Both the position numbers and the translations under genes were made by a program. Under the pieces are notes generated by a model. That model was not told where the DNA came from, ran no database searches, and saw nothing but the letters and a program-made list of their open reading frames with translations. Of a stretch of 64,000 nt of DNA, positions 54,920-64,000 are shown one piece after another. Location: positions 57,678 to 121,677 of the forward strand of contig CAZCBN010000001.1 of NCBI GenBank assembly GCA_964496975.1, given 5' to 3'. How positions within the stretch are numbered: the stretch's first letter is position 1; every line of letters begins with the position of its first letter. This DNA comes from an uncultured Phycisphaeraceae bacterium (GTDB taxonomy: Bacteria > Planctomycetota > Phycisphaerae > Phycisphaerales > UBA1924).

Positions 54920-55160
54920 ATGGCCTGCCTGGGGCGGCCGCTCTTCTTCCATCAATGGCGGCCGGGCCAACACGGCCGGTTGTTCGGGTTGACGACCGCT
55001 GCTGCCGGATTACCTGCCTCACTACTCCGCTCGTCAGGCCCGGCGCCACGACGTGCGCCCAGAGCTGACGGGGCTGTCGCAGGTGTCGGGTCGCAATGCC
55101 CTTGACTGGCACACTCGGCTCGAACTGGATGTGGCCTACTGGCAATCCCGCCCGAGTCAT
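54920..55160 (+). pseudogene. Remnant of a Bac_transf-type polyprenyl-phosphate sugar-phosphotransferase (priming glycosyltransferase)
   Basis: Frame A gives ..GRPLFFHQWRPGQHGRLF (compare SPGPVFFRQERxGxxGxxF). After a frame change near 54985-54993, frame B gives RPLLPDYLPHYSARQARRHDVRPELTGLSQVSGRNALDWHTRLELDVAYWQSRPS (the conserved C-terminal block). The central catalytic segment, the N-terminal TM region and the extreme C-terminus are missing. Confidence 0.55.
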
Positions 55161-56413
55161 TGCGGGGCAAATTCTCGCGTTGGTCCCCTGTCTGGTGCCG
55201 ACGCCCGAACGGCGGCCACAATCAGTCCGCAGGCCCACCACTGCAACAAGCCGACGCGCGCGCCGAGCGCCACGGCATCAACGATGCCGAACACATGGAC
55301 GCCGACCAGCGCCAGGGCCGCACCGGTCACGATCCCGCCACCGTCGCTGGCCGGGAGCGACCGCAGCCGAACCGCCCCCACGAGCACCCACAGCAGCAAC
55401 GCCAGGTAGGCCCCGGCACCGATGATCCCGATGTCGAGCACTGTCTGCAAGAGGATGTTGTGGGCGTGGGGCGCCAGCGCCCACGCAGATGCGGGCGGGG
55501 GCTGATAGACGTGTCTGAACTCGTTCAGACCGATGCCCAGCCAGGGGTCTGTCCGTACCGCAGCAATGGCCTGGCTGACGATGCGCCCGCGCTCCCCCAC
55601 ACTCACCAACGCGGTGCGAGCCACCGACGGCAGGTCAACGCGCCCCGACAACTGAAGCGCCAAGACTCCCGCGAGGCTGACCGCCCCGAGCAGCCCGGCG
55701 GCCGTGGCCCGGCGTCGCCATCCGGCGCCTGGTCTCAGCACCCACAGTCCGAGCAACAGCCCTGCGCTCAACCACACCGACCGTGACTGGCTGGCCACGA
55801 TGCTATAGAGGGCCAACACCGCGCCAGCCGCAGCCAACGCGAGCAGCGCAGGCCGGCGACGCCACGCGCTGATTGCCAGGCCAAGCGTGACCGGCAACGC
55901 CAGTAACGCGACCGCGCCTATCGCGTTACGGTTGATCCACCCGGTCGAGTCCAAGCCGGGCAAGAGCAGCGGTCGCCGCGGAAGCGCGCGCGTCACCACG
56001 TCGGGCTCAAACAGCTTCGCGTCCGGCGGGCTGGCGCCAACGGCGCCGAGGACCAGGGCCAGGCACGCGACCGCCACATACAGCGCTGCCGCGGCCTGGA
56101 ATCGGCGAGGCGCCTGTGCCCAGGCTCCGACCAGGCTCATCGTCATCAGGCCCGCACAGATCCCCGTGAAGTGGGACAACGTCGCAGGCGACGGCGTGGC
56201 TCGCCACGCAGCCTGCAGCACCAGGAGGCCGAGCACCACCAGGAGCCCCTGCATCGGCCCGCGAGGGGCCAGGGCGACGGCGACCGCCAGGGCCGTCACA
56301 CCGCCGGTCCACGCCCAGAGCGCGCGCCACGACCGAGGCACCAGCTCAGGAAACAGCAACAGCCCCATCACGATCGCGACCGCGACCAACACGATCCGGA
56401 ACGACCAGCTCAT
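55157..56413 (-). CDS. O-antigen ligase/Wzy_C-family polytopic membrane protein
   Basis: 418 aa with about 10 hydrophobic segments. Periplasmic-loop motif ..APHAHNILLQTVLDIGIIGAGAYLALLLW. The start overlaps the stop of the upstream GT (ATGA). Confidence 0.7.
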   Translation of the reverse strand: MSWSFRIVLVAVAIVMGLLLFPELVPRSWRALWAWTGGVTALAVAVALAPRGPMQGLLVVLGLLVLQAAWRATPSPATLSHFTGICAGLMTMSLVGAWAQAPRRFQAAAALYVAVACLALVLGAVGASPPDAKLFEPDVVTRALPRRPLLLPGLDSTGWINRNAIGAVALLALPVTLGLAISAWRRRPALLALAAAGAVLALYSIVASQSRSVWLSAGLLLGLWVLRPGAGWRRRATAAGLLGAVSLAGVLALQLSGRVDLPSVARTALVSVGERGRIVSQAIAAVRTDPWLGIGLNEFRHVYQPPPASAWALAPHAHNILLQTVLDIGIIGAGAYLALLLWVLVGAVRLRSLPASDGGGIVTGAALALVGVHVFGIVDAVALGARVGLLQWWACGLIVAAVRASAPDRGPTREFAPQ

Positions 56414-57630
56414 GCGAGGAGGCTCCGACCGGCGGCCGACGCGAGGAACGCAGCGGAATCCAGGCCTGCTGGGCGGCCCCGGCTCGGATCACGCAAGAAG
56501 GTGTAGACCTGCCACACTTCGCGAGCTGTCCGCTGGACGTCGAACATCACCCGCGCCAGCGCCCGTCCGCGCGCGGCGAGGGCACGCGCCGACGGCAGGT
56601 CGTCGAGGACCTCGTTGATCGCGTCAGCCACCTGCGCGGGGGCGTGGCTGTCGACCGTGCGACCCGTCACACCATCGATGACCAGCTCGCCCAAGGCGCC
56701 GACACGTCCGGCGATGGTCGGCACCCCTGCCAGCAGGGGCTCGAGCACCCCCCCCATGTTCTCACTGAGCGGCACGTGCACGGCGCAGTCGAAGTCGGCC
56801 CACGCCGCCACGACGTCTTCGTGCGGCAGGTACCCCGGCATGAGGATGCGGCCGTGCCCAACGCGAGCGGCCATCCGCCTGAGCTTTCGTTCGTAGGCGT
56901 CGGCGCCATTCCAAGGCCCGCCGGCCAGCACTCCAACGACGTCCTGACGTCGGGCGAGGACCATCGCCAGGGCTTCAATCACCCCTTCGTGGTTCTTGAT
57001 GCCGCGGGTCTGACCAAGCAGCCTCTTCGGCGCATACAAGTAGTTGATGTTGCCAACGATTCGCAGCCCGTCGCCCACCCCAAGCCGTCGGCGCAGCACG
57101 CCGGGGCCCTCCGCGCCTGCTACCGGCAGGTCCATGCCGGGATAACTCAGGAACACCCGACCGATTGGTGCCCCGGCCTGCACGAGACGATCCCACACGC
57201 AGCGGCTGGCGGCGATCCACGCATCACCCGGGCCGGCTGACGCGAGTTCAAGCCGACGATAGAAGGCGTATTCGAGATGCAACGGCCCCAGCACCTGGAA
57301 GACACGCGGCACCGGGTGGGCCCGTCCAAGCGCATGACGCAACACCAGGGTGGTGCCCAGCGCATACGAGTGGATGATGTCGGGGCGCACTCGCTCGACG
57401 AGACGGCGTGCCGCGTCCAGGGCGGCGGGCACCTGCCACGGTGCGGCGGTCGGCAGGTCGAGTGACGCCTCGTGCAACGTCGCGCCGGAGGCCCGCCACC
57501 GTCCAAGCGCCTGACCAGATTCCGGCGGAAGCGCGACGTGCACATCAGCGCCCAGGTGGACGAGCGCCCGCGCCTGGGCGGCCGCCCACAAGCCCCCTTC
57601 GGTGGTCTTGACCACCAGCAGGACCCTCAT
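56410..57630 (-). CDS. GT4-type (GT-B fold) glycosyltransferase
   Basis: MRVLLVVKTTEGGLWAA.. and C-terminal VHVPLSENMGGVLEPLLAGVPTIAGRVGALGELVIDGVTG (EX7E-like). The start overlaps the stop of the upstream gene (ATGA, 57627-57630). Confidence 0.8.
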   Translation of the reverse strand: MRVLLVVKTTEGGLWAAAQARALVHLGADVHVALPPESGQALGRWRASGATLHEASLDLPTAAPWQVPAALDAARRLVERVRPDIIHSYALGTTLVLRHALGRAHPVPRVFQVLGPLHLEYAFYRRLELASAGPGDAWIAASRCVWDRLVQAGAPIGRVFLSYPGMDLPVAGAEGPGVLRRRLGVGDGLRIVGNINYLYAPKRLLGQTRGIKNHEGVIEALAMVLARRQDVVGVLAGGPWNGADAYERKLRRMAARVGHGRILMPGYLPHEDVVAAWADFDCAVHVPLSENMGGVLEPLLAGVPTIAGRVGALGELVIDGVTGRTVDSHAPAQVADAINEVLDDLPSARALAARGRALARVMFDVQRTAREVWQVYTFLRDPSRGRPAGLDSAAFLASAAGRSLLA

Positions 57631-59075
57631 GCGCCAGTTCCTGCACGTGCCGGCTGAAGGCGAGTGCTGATGAGGGTGACCGCAAGCCACGGCACCGCAC
57701 CCGCCTTCACGAAGAGAAAGACCAGATTGTCCGAGTCCAACGGAAGCGCCAACAGGCAGATCGTCACCAGATGCGGCACCAGCAGCCGCCGGGCATCGCC
57801 TGTCTCCGTCCATCGCAGTTGGCAACGCCGCACTGTCCCCACAAGGATGCCGAACGCGCCGTACATCACCGGCACAAACAGCGGGCCGAAATTCAAGATC
57901 GCCTCTCCACTGAGACCATACACGCGGCTCGTCCGGCGACCGCGCGCGAAGGCCCCGACGTGGTCCTCGAGGTCGGTGGTCCAGCGAATCTTCCCCGGAG
58001 GCCGCGACGGCCAAATCCGCGCTGGCACGAGCAGCGCCAACGACCCGAGATAGGTCTGGCCCCACGCCGGTGTCCAGTGACGTCGCTCATCCATGACCCG
58101 CCACAGGGCCAACGCCTGAACGTCACTGCGGGACAAGTCACTCAAGAGCAGGACCGACCAGTCGCGCTGTACACCAATGGCCGCCGTCGTCTCGCCGGCG
58201 ATCAGGCGGGTGGTCCGCAACCCGGCGTCCTTGTACCAGCCCCAGACAAACGCCAGAATCAACACCAGCGGAATGCCGGCCAGGAGCAGCCGCTTCGTAA
58301 AGGGCCGGATCGTGGTGTGTGCAATGCCGGCGGCCCAAAAGAGCCCCCAGATGATCGTCGCCCGGCTGCCCCGCAATCCGCCAAACAGCACGAACACCGG
58401 AATCATTGCGGTCAGCAACACGCCAACCACTGCCAGCCGGCGCGTCCACGCCCACCGGCTCGCCGCCAGTCCAATCCCGAACATGAGCAGGATCGGGAAG
58501 CTCTCCGAAATCATCAGGATCCAGCCGGTGCCTTTGAAGGCGTCGTACAGAAGGGTGTTGCGCTCGAATGCCTCGACGTACCCGCGGACACCGCCGAAGC
58601 GAGCGAAGACCCACACCTGGGTCAGCGCCGTCACCACGAGCAGGACCGGCAGGACCCATCGCGCCCGGGCGCTCTCCAGATACCATCGCGCCGCAGCGGG
58701 GCGTGCGGGACGGGCCAGCGTCCACTGCCGAACCATCCGATAGACGCCGAGCGACACGACATGCAGCATCGCCATACCGCCGATCCAGGGGCGATAGTCG
58801 GACGGCTGCTGGTCGATGAATCGCAGTGCGTGACCAGACGCCACCGTGAGCAGGGGGGCCACCTGGAAGAAGTAGATGCCCACCACCCCCACCAATCCCA
58901 CCGGGTCGAACGGCTCGGTGGCGCCCGCCCACCAGTCGAGCGCATCCAACAGACACAACACTCCACACACCGTGACCGGCACAACCAGCCAATGCCAGCC
59001 CGCGCTCCCCAGCCAAAGGATCGCGGCGGAGATCACGGAGGCGATCGCTACGGCCATCGGGAGACGCTCAGGCAT
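57627..59075 (-). CDS. Polytopic membrane protein, candidate Wzy-type repeat-unit polymerase
   Basis: 482 aa with more than 10 hydrophobic segments, located between Wzx-like and GT genes. No diagnostic motif was recognised. Confidence 0.5.
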   Translation of the reverse strand: MPERLPMAVAIASVISAAILWLGSAGWHWLVVPVTVCGVLCLLDALDWWAGATEPFDPVGLVGVVGIYFFQVAPLLTVASGHALRFIDQQPSDYRPWIGGMAMLHVVSLGVYRMVRQWTLARPARPAAARWYLESARARWVLPVLLVVTALTQVWVFARFGGVRGYVEAFERNTLLYDAFKGTGWILMISESFPILLMFGIGLAASRWAWTRRLAVVGVLLTAMIPVFVLFGGLRGSRATIIWGLFWAAGIAHTTIRPFTKRLLLAGIPLVLILAFVWGWYKDAGLRTTRLIAGETTAAIGVQRDWSVLLLSDLSRSDVQALALWRVMDERRHWTPAWGQTYLGSLALLVPARIWPSRPPGKIRWTTDLEDHVGAFARGRRTSRVYGLSGEAILNFGPLFVPVMYGAFGILVGTVRRCQLRWTETGDARRLLVPHLVTICLLALPLDSDNLVFLFVKAGAVPWLAVTLISTRLQPARAGTGA

Positions 59076-60372
59076 CGGCCCTCCCGTGTCGAGTCATCAG
59101 CATGAGCGCCGCGAGGCTGCCCAGCGTCTGCACCGTCGCGGTCGCCAGCAGCGTCCACGCCGCGCCCCACAGGCCGGCGTCGGGAATCCACGCGAGACCA
59201 GCCGCAAGACCCGTCAACACGGCGGCCGACAGGACCAGGGTCTGCACCCGAAACGCACGGCCGGCCAGCAGTCCGTACCCCAGGAATGACGCCACCTGGA
59301 GCAAGGCGGCGGCCCCCATCACCGGCACAAGCAACGCGGCGTACGGCACCAACGCGTCGCCGTAGACGACCTGAAGGATCACGGCCCCCCACACCGAGGC
59401 CGCGACGATGCCGGCGGTTCCGACCACGGCCGCCAAACCGAGGAGTCGACGGAGGACCACCGCGAAGTCCCGATGCCGCCCTTCAACCACGCTCCGTGCC
59501 ATGCGATTCATCGCCGCTTCTCCGAACGAGTTCAACACGACGCCGCCCGCCAGGGCGACCGTCGTGATCGAGGCGAACACACCCAGTTCATCAAGACCTC
59601 TCGTCCGCTCGATGACATACCGCGGGATCATCACGACGAGCACACCGAGCGCCGCCGTCACCCCGAGCGGCAGCGACCGCCAGACGAGCGCACGACAGCC
59701 GCCGACAGGCCAGATCAGCGCGAACCCTGACGCCGAGAGGCCGTTGGCGATCTGCGTCCGCCGCGCGTGTGGCAGGTCAAAGAGCAGCAACACGCCCACC
59801 CAGGCGAAGAGGAGGCCGAGCAGTCCCGCCGATAGGTCCGCAGAGCGCAGGCCCGCGACAAACCCCAGCGTGCCGCCGACGCTGCGGGCGATCAGTGACC
59901 ACCCGACCACGCGCAGTTCTCCGGCCTTCTGCCACAGTCCATAACAGAGGTCGCTGGCGCCCTCGACCGCCTTCGCGGCCGAAACGAGCCCGATGGCCAG
60001 GACGGTCTGGCCGGGGTACCCGCTCCACACGCTGACCGCGCCGACCACCAGCAGGGCCGCAAGTGTGCTCAGGTGTCGGACGACCCAGTAGGTCTCAAGC
60101 GCGGTGCGGTTGTCGGCGTCCGTGGCAAGGACCCCTCTGAGCCGCATCGCGAAGAAGAGGAACACCGGGGCTGAGACCGCGAATGCCAGGGCAAACTGCC
60201 CGGCCACCGCTTCCCCGCCCCACCGCAGACAGGCAACCAGCATGAGCCACTGCGCGCCGACGTAGGCGGACTGGCCGCACACGAGCCACGCGGTTCCGCG
60301 ATCGGCCGTACCTGGCAGCCTCCTCACGAAGCGAGCCGCCCAGTCGGCTGGCAGCCACGAGCAGTCGAACAC
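59068..60372 (-). CDS. MOP-superfamily polysaccharide flippase (Wzx-like)
   Basis: 434 aa with about 12 TM segments of Wzx-like organisation. 8-nt overlap with the downstream gene. Confidence 0.6.
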   Translation of the reverse strand: MFDCSWLPADWAARFVRRLPGTADRGTAWLVCGQSAYVGAQWLMLVACLRWGGEAVAGQFALAFAVSAPVFLFFAMRLRGVLATDADNRTALETYWVVRHLSTLAALLVVGAVSVWSGYPGQTVLAIGLVSAAKAVEGASDLCYGLWQKAGELRVVGWSLIARSVGGTLGFVAGLRSADLSAGLLGLLFAWVGVLLLFDLPHARRTQIANGLSASGFALIWPVGGCRALVWRSLPLGVTAALGVLVVMIPRYVIERTRGLDELGVFASITTVALAGGVVLNSFGEAAMNRMARSVVEGRHRDFAVVLRRLLGLAAVVGTAGIVAASVWGAVILQVVYGDALVPYAALLVPVMGAAALLQVASFLGYGLLAGRAFRVQTLVLSAAVLTGLAAGLAWIPDAGLWGAAWTLLATATVQTLGSLAALMLMTRHGRADA

Positions 60373-60385
60373 CCCGGCAGCAGGT

Positions 60386-61570
60386 TCATGGCGAGGTCGC
60401 CGGCGCCGGCGACTGGCTCAGCGCGTCACGCACGGATTCGTACCAGCCACGGCGCCGCGTCCACAACGCGCCTTCGGCATAGGTCCGCGCGATCTCCAGA
60501 TTCCTTCGCGACATCTCGTCCAATCGAGCGGGATCGGCCAATGCGGTCCGCAGCGCGACGGCAAGCCGACCGGCGTCACGCGGGGGCACGGTGTCTTCTG
60601 GCCGCAGCAACTCCGCGATGCCCTCCACGTCGCTGCCGATACAAGGCAGCCCGCGTGCCATGGCCTCGACGAGCGCCCGCGACAGGCCTTCGGTGAAGGA
60701 TGGCAGCACAAAGATCGAGGCCCGGTCGAGTTGCTCGCGCACGGCCGTCCCGGCTGGGATCGCCCCAAGAAACGTCACACACTCGCCGACACCGAGCTCC
60801 CGAGCCATCCGCTCGAGCTTCGATCGCAGCCGTCCCTCGCCAACAATGGTCACCCGCAGCGGCAGGCCGGCCCGATGACAGGCCGCGCAGGCGTTGATGA
60901 GCACCGCCGTTCCCTTCATCGGCTGTTCAAGCGACCCGATGGTGATGACGGTGGGCGCCGGTGGTGAGGGATGCCGACGGGCCGAAGCGGCAAACGCACC
61001 TTCAGGCAAGACGACGTCGGAGCCCACCGTGACAATCGCTCCGGCCGACGGCGGGTACAACCGCTTGAGTCCGTGTGAAACATAGTGCACGGCCACGGCT
61101 CCACGCACAATCGATCGCAGCCCCCTGATGAAGACCTGGCGGAACACGCCGTGGAGCGGATGACTCGTGGCCCCCGTCGCGAGGGACTGCGCGGGATCTC
61201 CGACGACCATCGCCGCCCACCGTTGCCCCCGGGAGGCCAGCACCCCGGCCATGACCGCCGCGAGTTGGCCAGGCGCGCGCAGCAAAATCGTCTCACCCGG
61301 AAGGACGGCGGCGGCCAACGCGCGCCGGACGGCCCGACGACGCCGGACGTACGCCACCGGCCCAATGTAGTGGGGAACCGCACTGACGGTCACGAACGGG
61401 TCATCGACCCGGGCCCACGCAGGATCAGCGGCGGGAACATCCTTGACGCGCGCCACAAGGCGCACGCGACTGAACACTTCGAGGTACCGATCCCAGTGCG
61501 ATGTTTCATAGACGGTGTCGGTCCACACCGAGCCATCCGGCGTCCGCAGAAACCGGAATTCCATCACCAT
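60386..61570 (-). CDS. GT4-type (GT-B fold) glycosyltransferase
   Basis: C-terminal IFVLPSFTEGLSRALVEAMARGLPCIGSDVEGIAELL (EX7E motif). The start is uncertain (ATG 61570 or 61564). The 522-aa track ORF is 5'-extended. Confidence 0.75.
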   Translation of the reverse strand: MVMEFRFLRTPDGSVWTDTVYETSHWDRYLEVFSRVRLVARVKDVPAADPAWARVDDPFVTVSAVPHYIGPVAYVRRRRAVRRALAAAVLPGETILLRAPGQLAAVMAGVLASRGQRWAAMVVGDPAQSLATGATSHPLHGVFRQVFIRGLRSIVRGAVAVHYVSHGLKRLYPPSAGAIVTVGSDVVLPEGAFAASARRHPSPPAPTVITIGSLEQPMKGTAVLINACAACHRAGLPLRVTIVGEGRLRSKLERMARELGVGECVTFLGAIPAGTAVREQLDRASIFVLPSFTEGLSRALVEAMARGLPCIGSDVEGIAELLRPEDTVPPRDAGRLAVALRTALADPARLDEMSRRNLEIARTYAEGALWTRRRGWYESVRDALSQSPAPATSP

Positions 61571-61722
61571 GACCAACGTGCCCGCCACATTCCGGACAGG
61601 GCGATTCTCGGACGACACGGGCACGCGCACTATCGTATCGCGCCCCGGCGGTGTCAGAGCATCGGACCGGCGCCTGGAACGTGCCGCGGCATCGGCCTGC
61701 AACGGGTGCAGTAAGATTCCGG

Positions 61723-63528
61723 ATGAATCCAGTGTCCGCACGTCCGCCCTCATTGTCTCTCGTCGTCGTGGCCTACAACATCCCGCGGGAGGCGCCGCGG
61801 ACGTTGCACTCGCTCTCGGCGGCCTATCAACGGGAGATTGCCAGCGATGCGTACGAGGTCCTCGTGGTCGACAACGGCTCGACGCCCCCGCTGGATCCGG
61901 ACCTGATCTGTCGGCTCGAGGGCAACTTCCGTCTGATTCGCATCGACGATGCACACCCGTCGCCGGTGGCGGCGGTCAACCGGGGGCTGGCGGCCGCCCG
62001 CGGTGACGTGATCGGCGTGATGATCGACGGGGCCCGCATTGCCACGCCGGGCTTGTTGCACTTCGCCTCTCGCGCGGCGACCCTGGACTCCGAAGCCGTC
62101 GTCGCCGCTCCTGGCTGGTATCTGGGCCCAACCTACCAGCGACGGGCAGTGAAGCGCGGTTATTCGCAGGATCGTGAAGATGCCCTGCTCGACTCGATCG
62201 GCTGGCCCAACGACGGATACCGACTGTTCGAGATCGGCGTGCTGGATGAATCGTCGGGATACGGCTGGGGAGGGTCGATCGTCGAATCCAATGCGATCTT
62301 CATGCGACGCCATCGTTGGACCGCGATCGGCGGCATGGAAGAGGCGTTTCGTGCACCCGGCGGAGGCCTGGCCAATCTGGACCTTTTCAAGCGCGCCGTG
62401 GAGGCGCCACAGGCACGGCTGATTCTGCTCATCGGTGAGGGGACGTTCCACCAGCTGCACGGCGGCGTGGCCACCAACGAACCCTTGAAGTCGCATCGCC
62501 GGCACATCGCGCAGTGGTCGCTCGAATACGAACGGATTCGCGGCACGCCGTACGCCGTGCCGCAACTGCCGCAGCCGCCCATCTGCTTCGGGCCGTTGTC
62601 CCCTGCGGCGGCGCGCCGGTACGCGCGAACGGCGGTGATTCCCACCTGGGGAGCCCTCGTGCGACGCGCCTGGTCCGCGGTGCCGACGGCCTGGCGGGTC
62701 GGCGCGCTTCTGCGAGTCGCGCGCGCGTCGGCACGTGCGGGCCGGCGGGCACACGCCATGCAGGCGCTCCAGCGAGCGTTGGCGCTCGATCCGACATCCG
62801 CGAAAGCCGCGCTGCATCTGGCGAGGTTACGGATGCCTGGCGACTCCTACGTGGTCTGGCTGTCACGTTTCTACCGCGCGCTGGCACCAGCCACCGCCAT
62901 CGAGATCGGCGTCTTCCAAGGCCAGACGCTCGCCCTGTTCCAGCCGCCGACGGTCGCGATCGGCGTCGACCCCAGGCCGGACCTCCGTGTCACGCTCGGA
63001 GCCACGACACGGATCGCGCGCATGACGAGCGACGAGTTCTTCCAGGGCACGGCCGCCCACGACGCCCTTGGAAGACAACCCTTGTCCGTCGGATTCATTG
63101 ATGGGCTGCACACCTTCGAGCAGGCCCTGCGCGATTTCCGGCACCTCGAGGCGCTCAGTGGGCCCCGATCACTCATCCTCATCCACGACACGATTCCGCT
63201 CAGCGAACTGACTCAGCGAGCCGAGTCGGCGACGCCGTTTCACACCGGCGACGTCTGGAAGCTGGTGTTGTGCCTCAAGCACTACCGGCCGGATCTCGAC
63301 GTCTTCACAATTCCCGCGCCGCCCACGGGCCTGACCGTCGTCGCGGGACTCGACCCCTCATCACGGATTCTGACCGATCGGTACGACGAGGCCGTCGACC
63401 GGTTCGGCACGGCGTCATACGCGGACCTGGTCACGCGCCAGGACACGGCGTTGAATGTCATCGAGCACGACTGGGACGTCGTGCGGTCCCGGCTGGCCGC
63501 GCGCGGCATTCAGCTGCCGCCGTTGTAG
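61723..63528 (+). CDS. Three-module protein: GT2-like glycosyltransferase + TPR-like linker + class I SAM methyltransferase (Methyltransf_24-like)
   Basis: LSLVVVAYNIPREAPRTLHSL..EVLVVDNGSTP..GVMIDGARI (GT-A). HAMQALQRALALDPTSAKAALHLARL (TPR-like). ATAIEIGVFQGQTLALF..VGFIDGLHTFEQALRDF..LILIHDT (methyltransferase). Confidence 0.7.
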   Translation: MNPVSARPPSLSLVVVAYNIPREAPRTLHSLSAAYQREIASDAYEVLVVDNGSTPPLDPDLICRLEGNFRLIRIDDAHPSPVAAVNRGLAAARGDVIGVMIDGARIATPGLLHFASRAATLDSEAVVAAPGWYLGPTYQRRAVKRGYSQDREDALLDSIGWPNDGYRLFEIGVLDESSGYGWGGSIVESNAIFMRRHRWTAIGGMEEAFRAPGGGLANLDLFKRAVEAPQARLILLIGEGTFHQLHGGVATNEPLKSHRRHIAQWSLEYERIRGTPYAVPQLPQPPICFGPLSPAAARRYARTAVIPTWGALVRRAWSAVPTAWRVGALLRVARASARAGRRAHAMQALQRALALDPTSAKAALHLARLRMPGDSYVVWLSRFYRALAPATAIEIGVFQGQTLALFQPPTVAIGVDPRPDLRVTLGATTRIARMTSDEFFQGTAAHDALGRQPLSVGFIDGLHTFEQALRDFRHLEALSGPRSLILIHDTIPLSELTQRAESATPFHTGDVWKLVLCLKHYRPDLDVFTIPAPPTGLTVVAGLDPSSRILTDRYDEAVDRFGTASYADLVTRQDTALNVIEHDWDVVRSRLAARGIQLPPL

Positions 63529-63539
63529 AATTTGCGCAG

Positions 63540-64000
63540 GTGCCACCCTCCGTTCTCCCGAGCGTCTCGACCGGCCGGCCCGATCTGAGCGTCTGCATCG
63601 TCAACGACAACAACATCGACTTGCTGCGGTGCTGCCTGCGCGCCGTGTTCGAGCAGACTTCCGGCATGCATCGGGAGGTCATCGTCGTCGACAACGCCTC
63701 CGAAGACAACAGCGCGGACCTGATCGAGCGAGAATTCCCGGCCGTGCACCTGCTTCGCGGCTCGGTGCGCCAGGGGTATACGCCCAACATGAATCGGGCC
63801 ATCCGCGCCTCGCGTGGCCGGTTCATCGCCCTGCTCAATGACGACGCCGAACCGGTCGGCGAGGCCCTCGTCCGCCTCTCGGCGTTCCTCGAGCAACACC
63901 CGGCGTATGGCGCCGTCGGGCCGCGACTCGTGAACGTGGATGGCACGTTCCAGAGCGGACCGCGAGGTGAAGCGACGCCGCTGGCGCTGCTGTGCCATCT
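63540..64000 (+). CDS. GT2-family glycosyltransferase (3' end outside window)
   Basis: Frame-0 reading from GTG 63540: ..LSVCIVNDNNIDLLRCCLRAVFEQT..EVIVVDNASEDNSADLI..QGYTPNMNRAIRASRGRFIALLNDDAEP. It is open to the window end and so is absent from the ORF track. Confidence 0.75.
   Translation, partial: MPPSVLPSVSTGRPDLSVCIVNDNNIDLLRCCLRAVFEQTSGMHREVIVVDNASEDNSADLIEREFPAVHLLRGSVRQGYTPNMNRAIRASRGRFIALLNDDAEPVGEALVRLSAFLEQHPAYGAVGPRLVNVDGTFQSGPRGEATPLALLCH

Overview
High-GC (~68-70%) bacterial chromosomal segment. The gene content suggests Acidobacteriota, because it has PadR + duplicated-FtsX (ADOP-type) permease pairs, BlaR1-TonB fusions and propeller histidine kinases; this is inference only. 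I found no rRNA, tRNA, CRISPR array or intact mobile element.

Positions 1-38 kb are mostly housekeeping and regulatory genes:
- clpB 3' end, fur-katG, and an S9 peptidase
- several two-component systems, a blaI/blaR1-like pair, and an ECF sigma module
- a fibro-slime/HYR surface protein
- two PadR-permease modules
- a tandem pair of Tat-signal aldo/keto-reductase-like genes

Positions 38.3-64 kb form an accessory glycan-modification island:
- 7 glycosyltransferase-type genes
- Wzx, Wzy and ligase-like membrane proteins
- four sulfotransferase-like genes and two Asp/Asn beta-hydroxylase-like genes
- FkbM and other methyltransferases, an acyltransferase and a formyltransferase

The most interesting signal sits inside that island at 46.3-47.7 kb. 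A PqqD-family (RiPP recognition element) gene is followed by an ORF of only 52 codons that is absent from the ORF track. This ORF has a lasso-type leader motif and a C-terminal serine. An HprK-like kinase gene lies convergent to it. No lasso cyclase or leader protease occurs anywhere in the window.

Many long ORFs in the supplied track are GC-driven antisense or 5'-extended artefacts. Start codons were re-picked by eye, and several are uncertain. All family assignments come from motif recognition without database searches.
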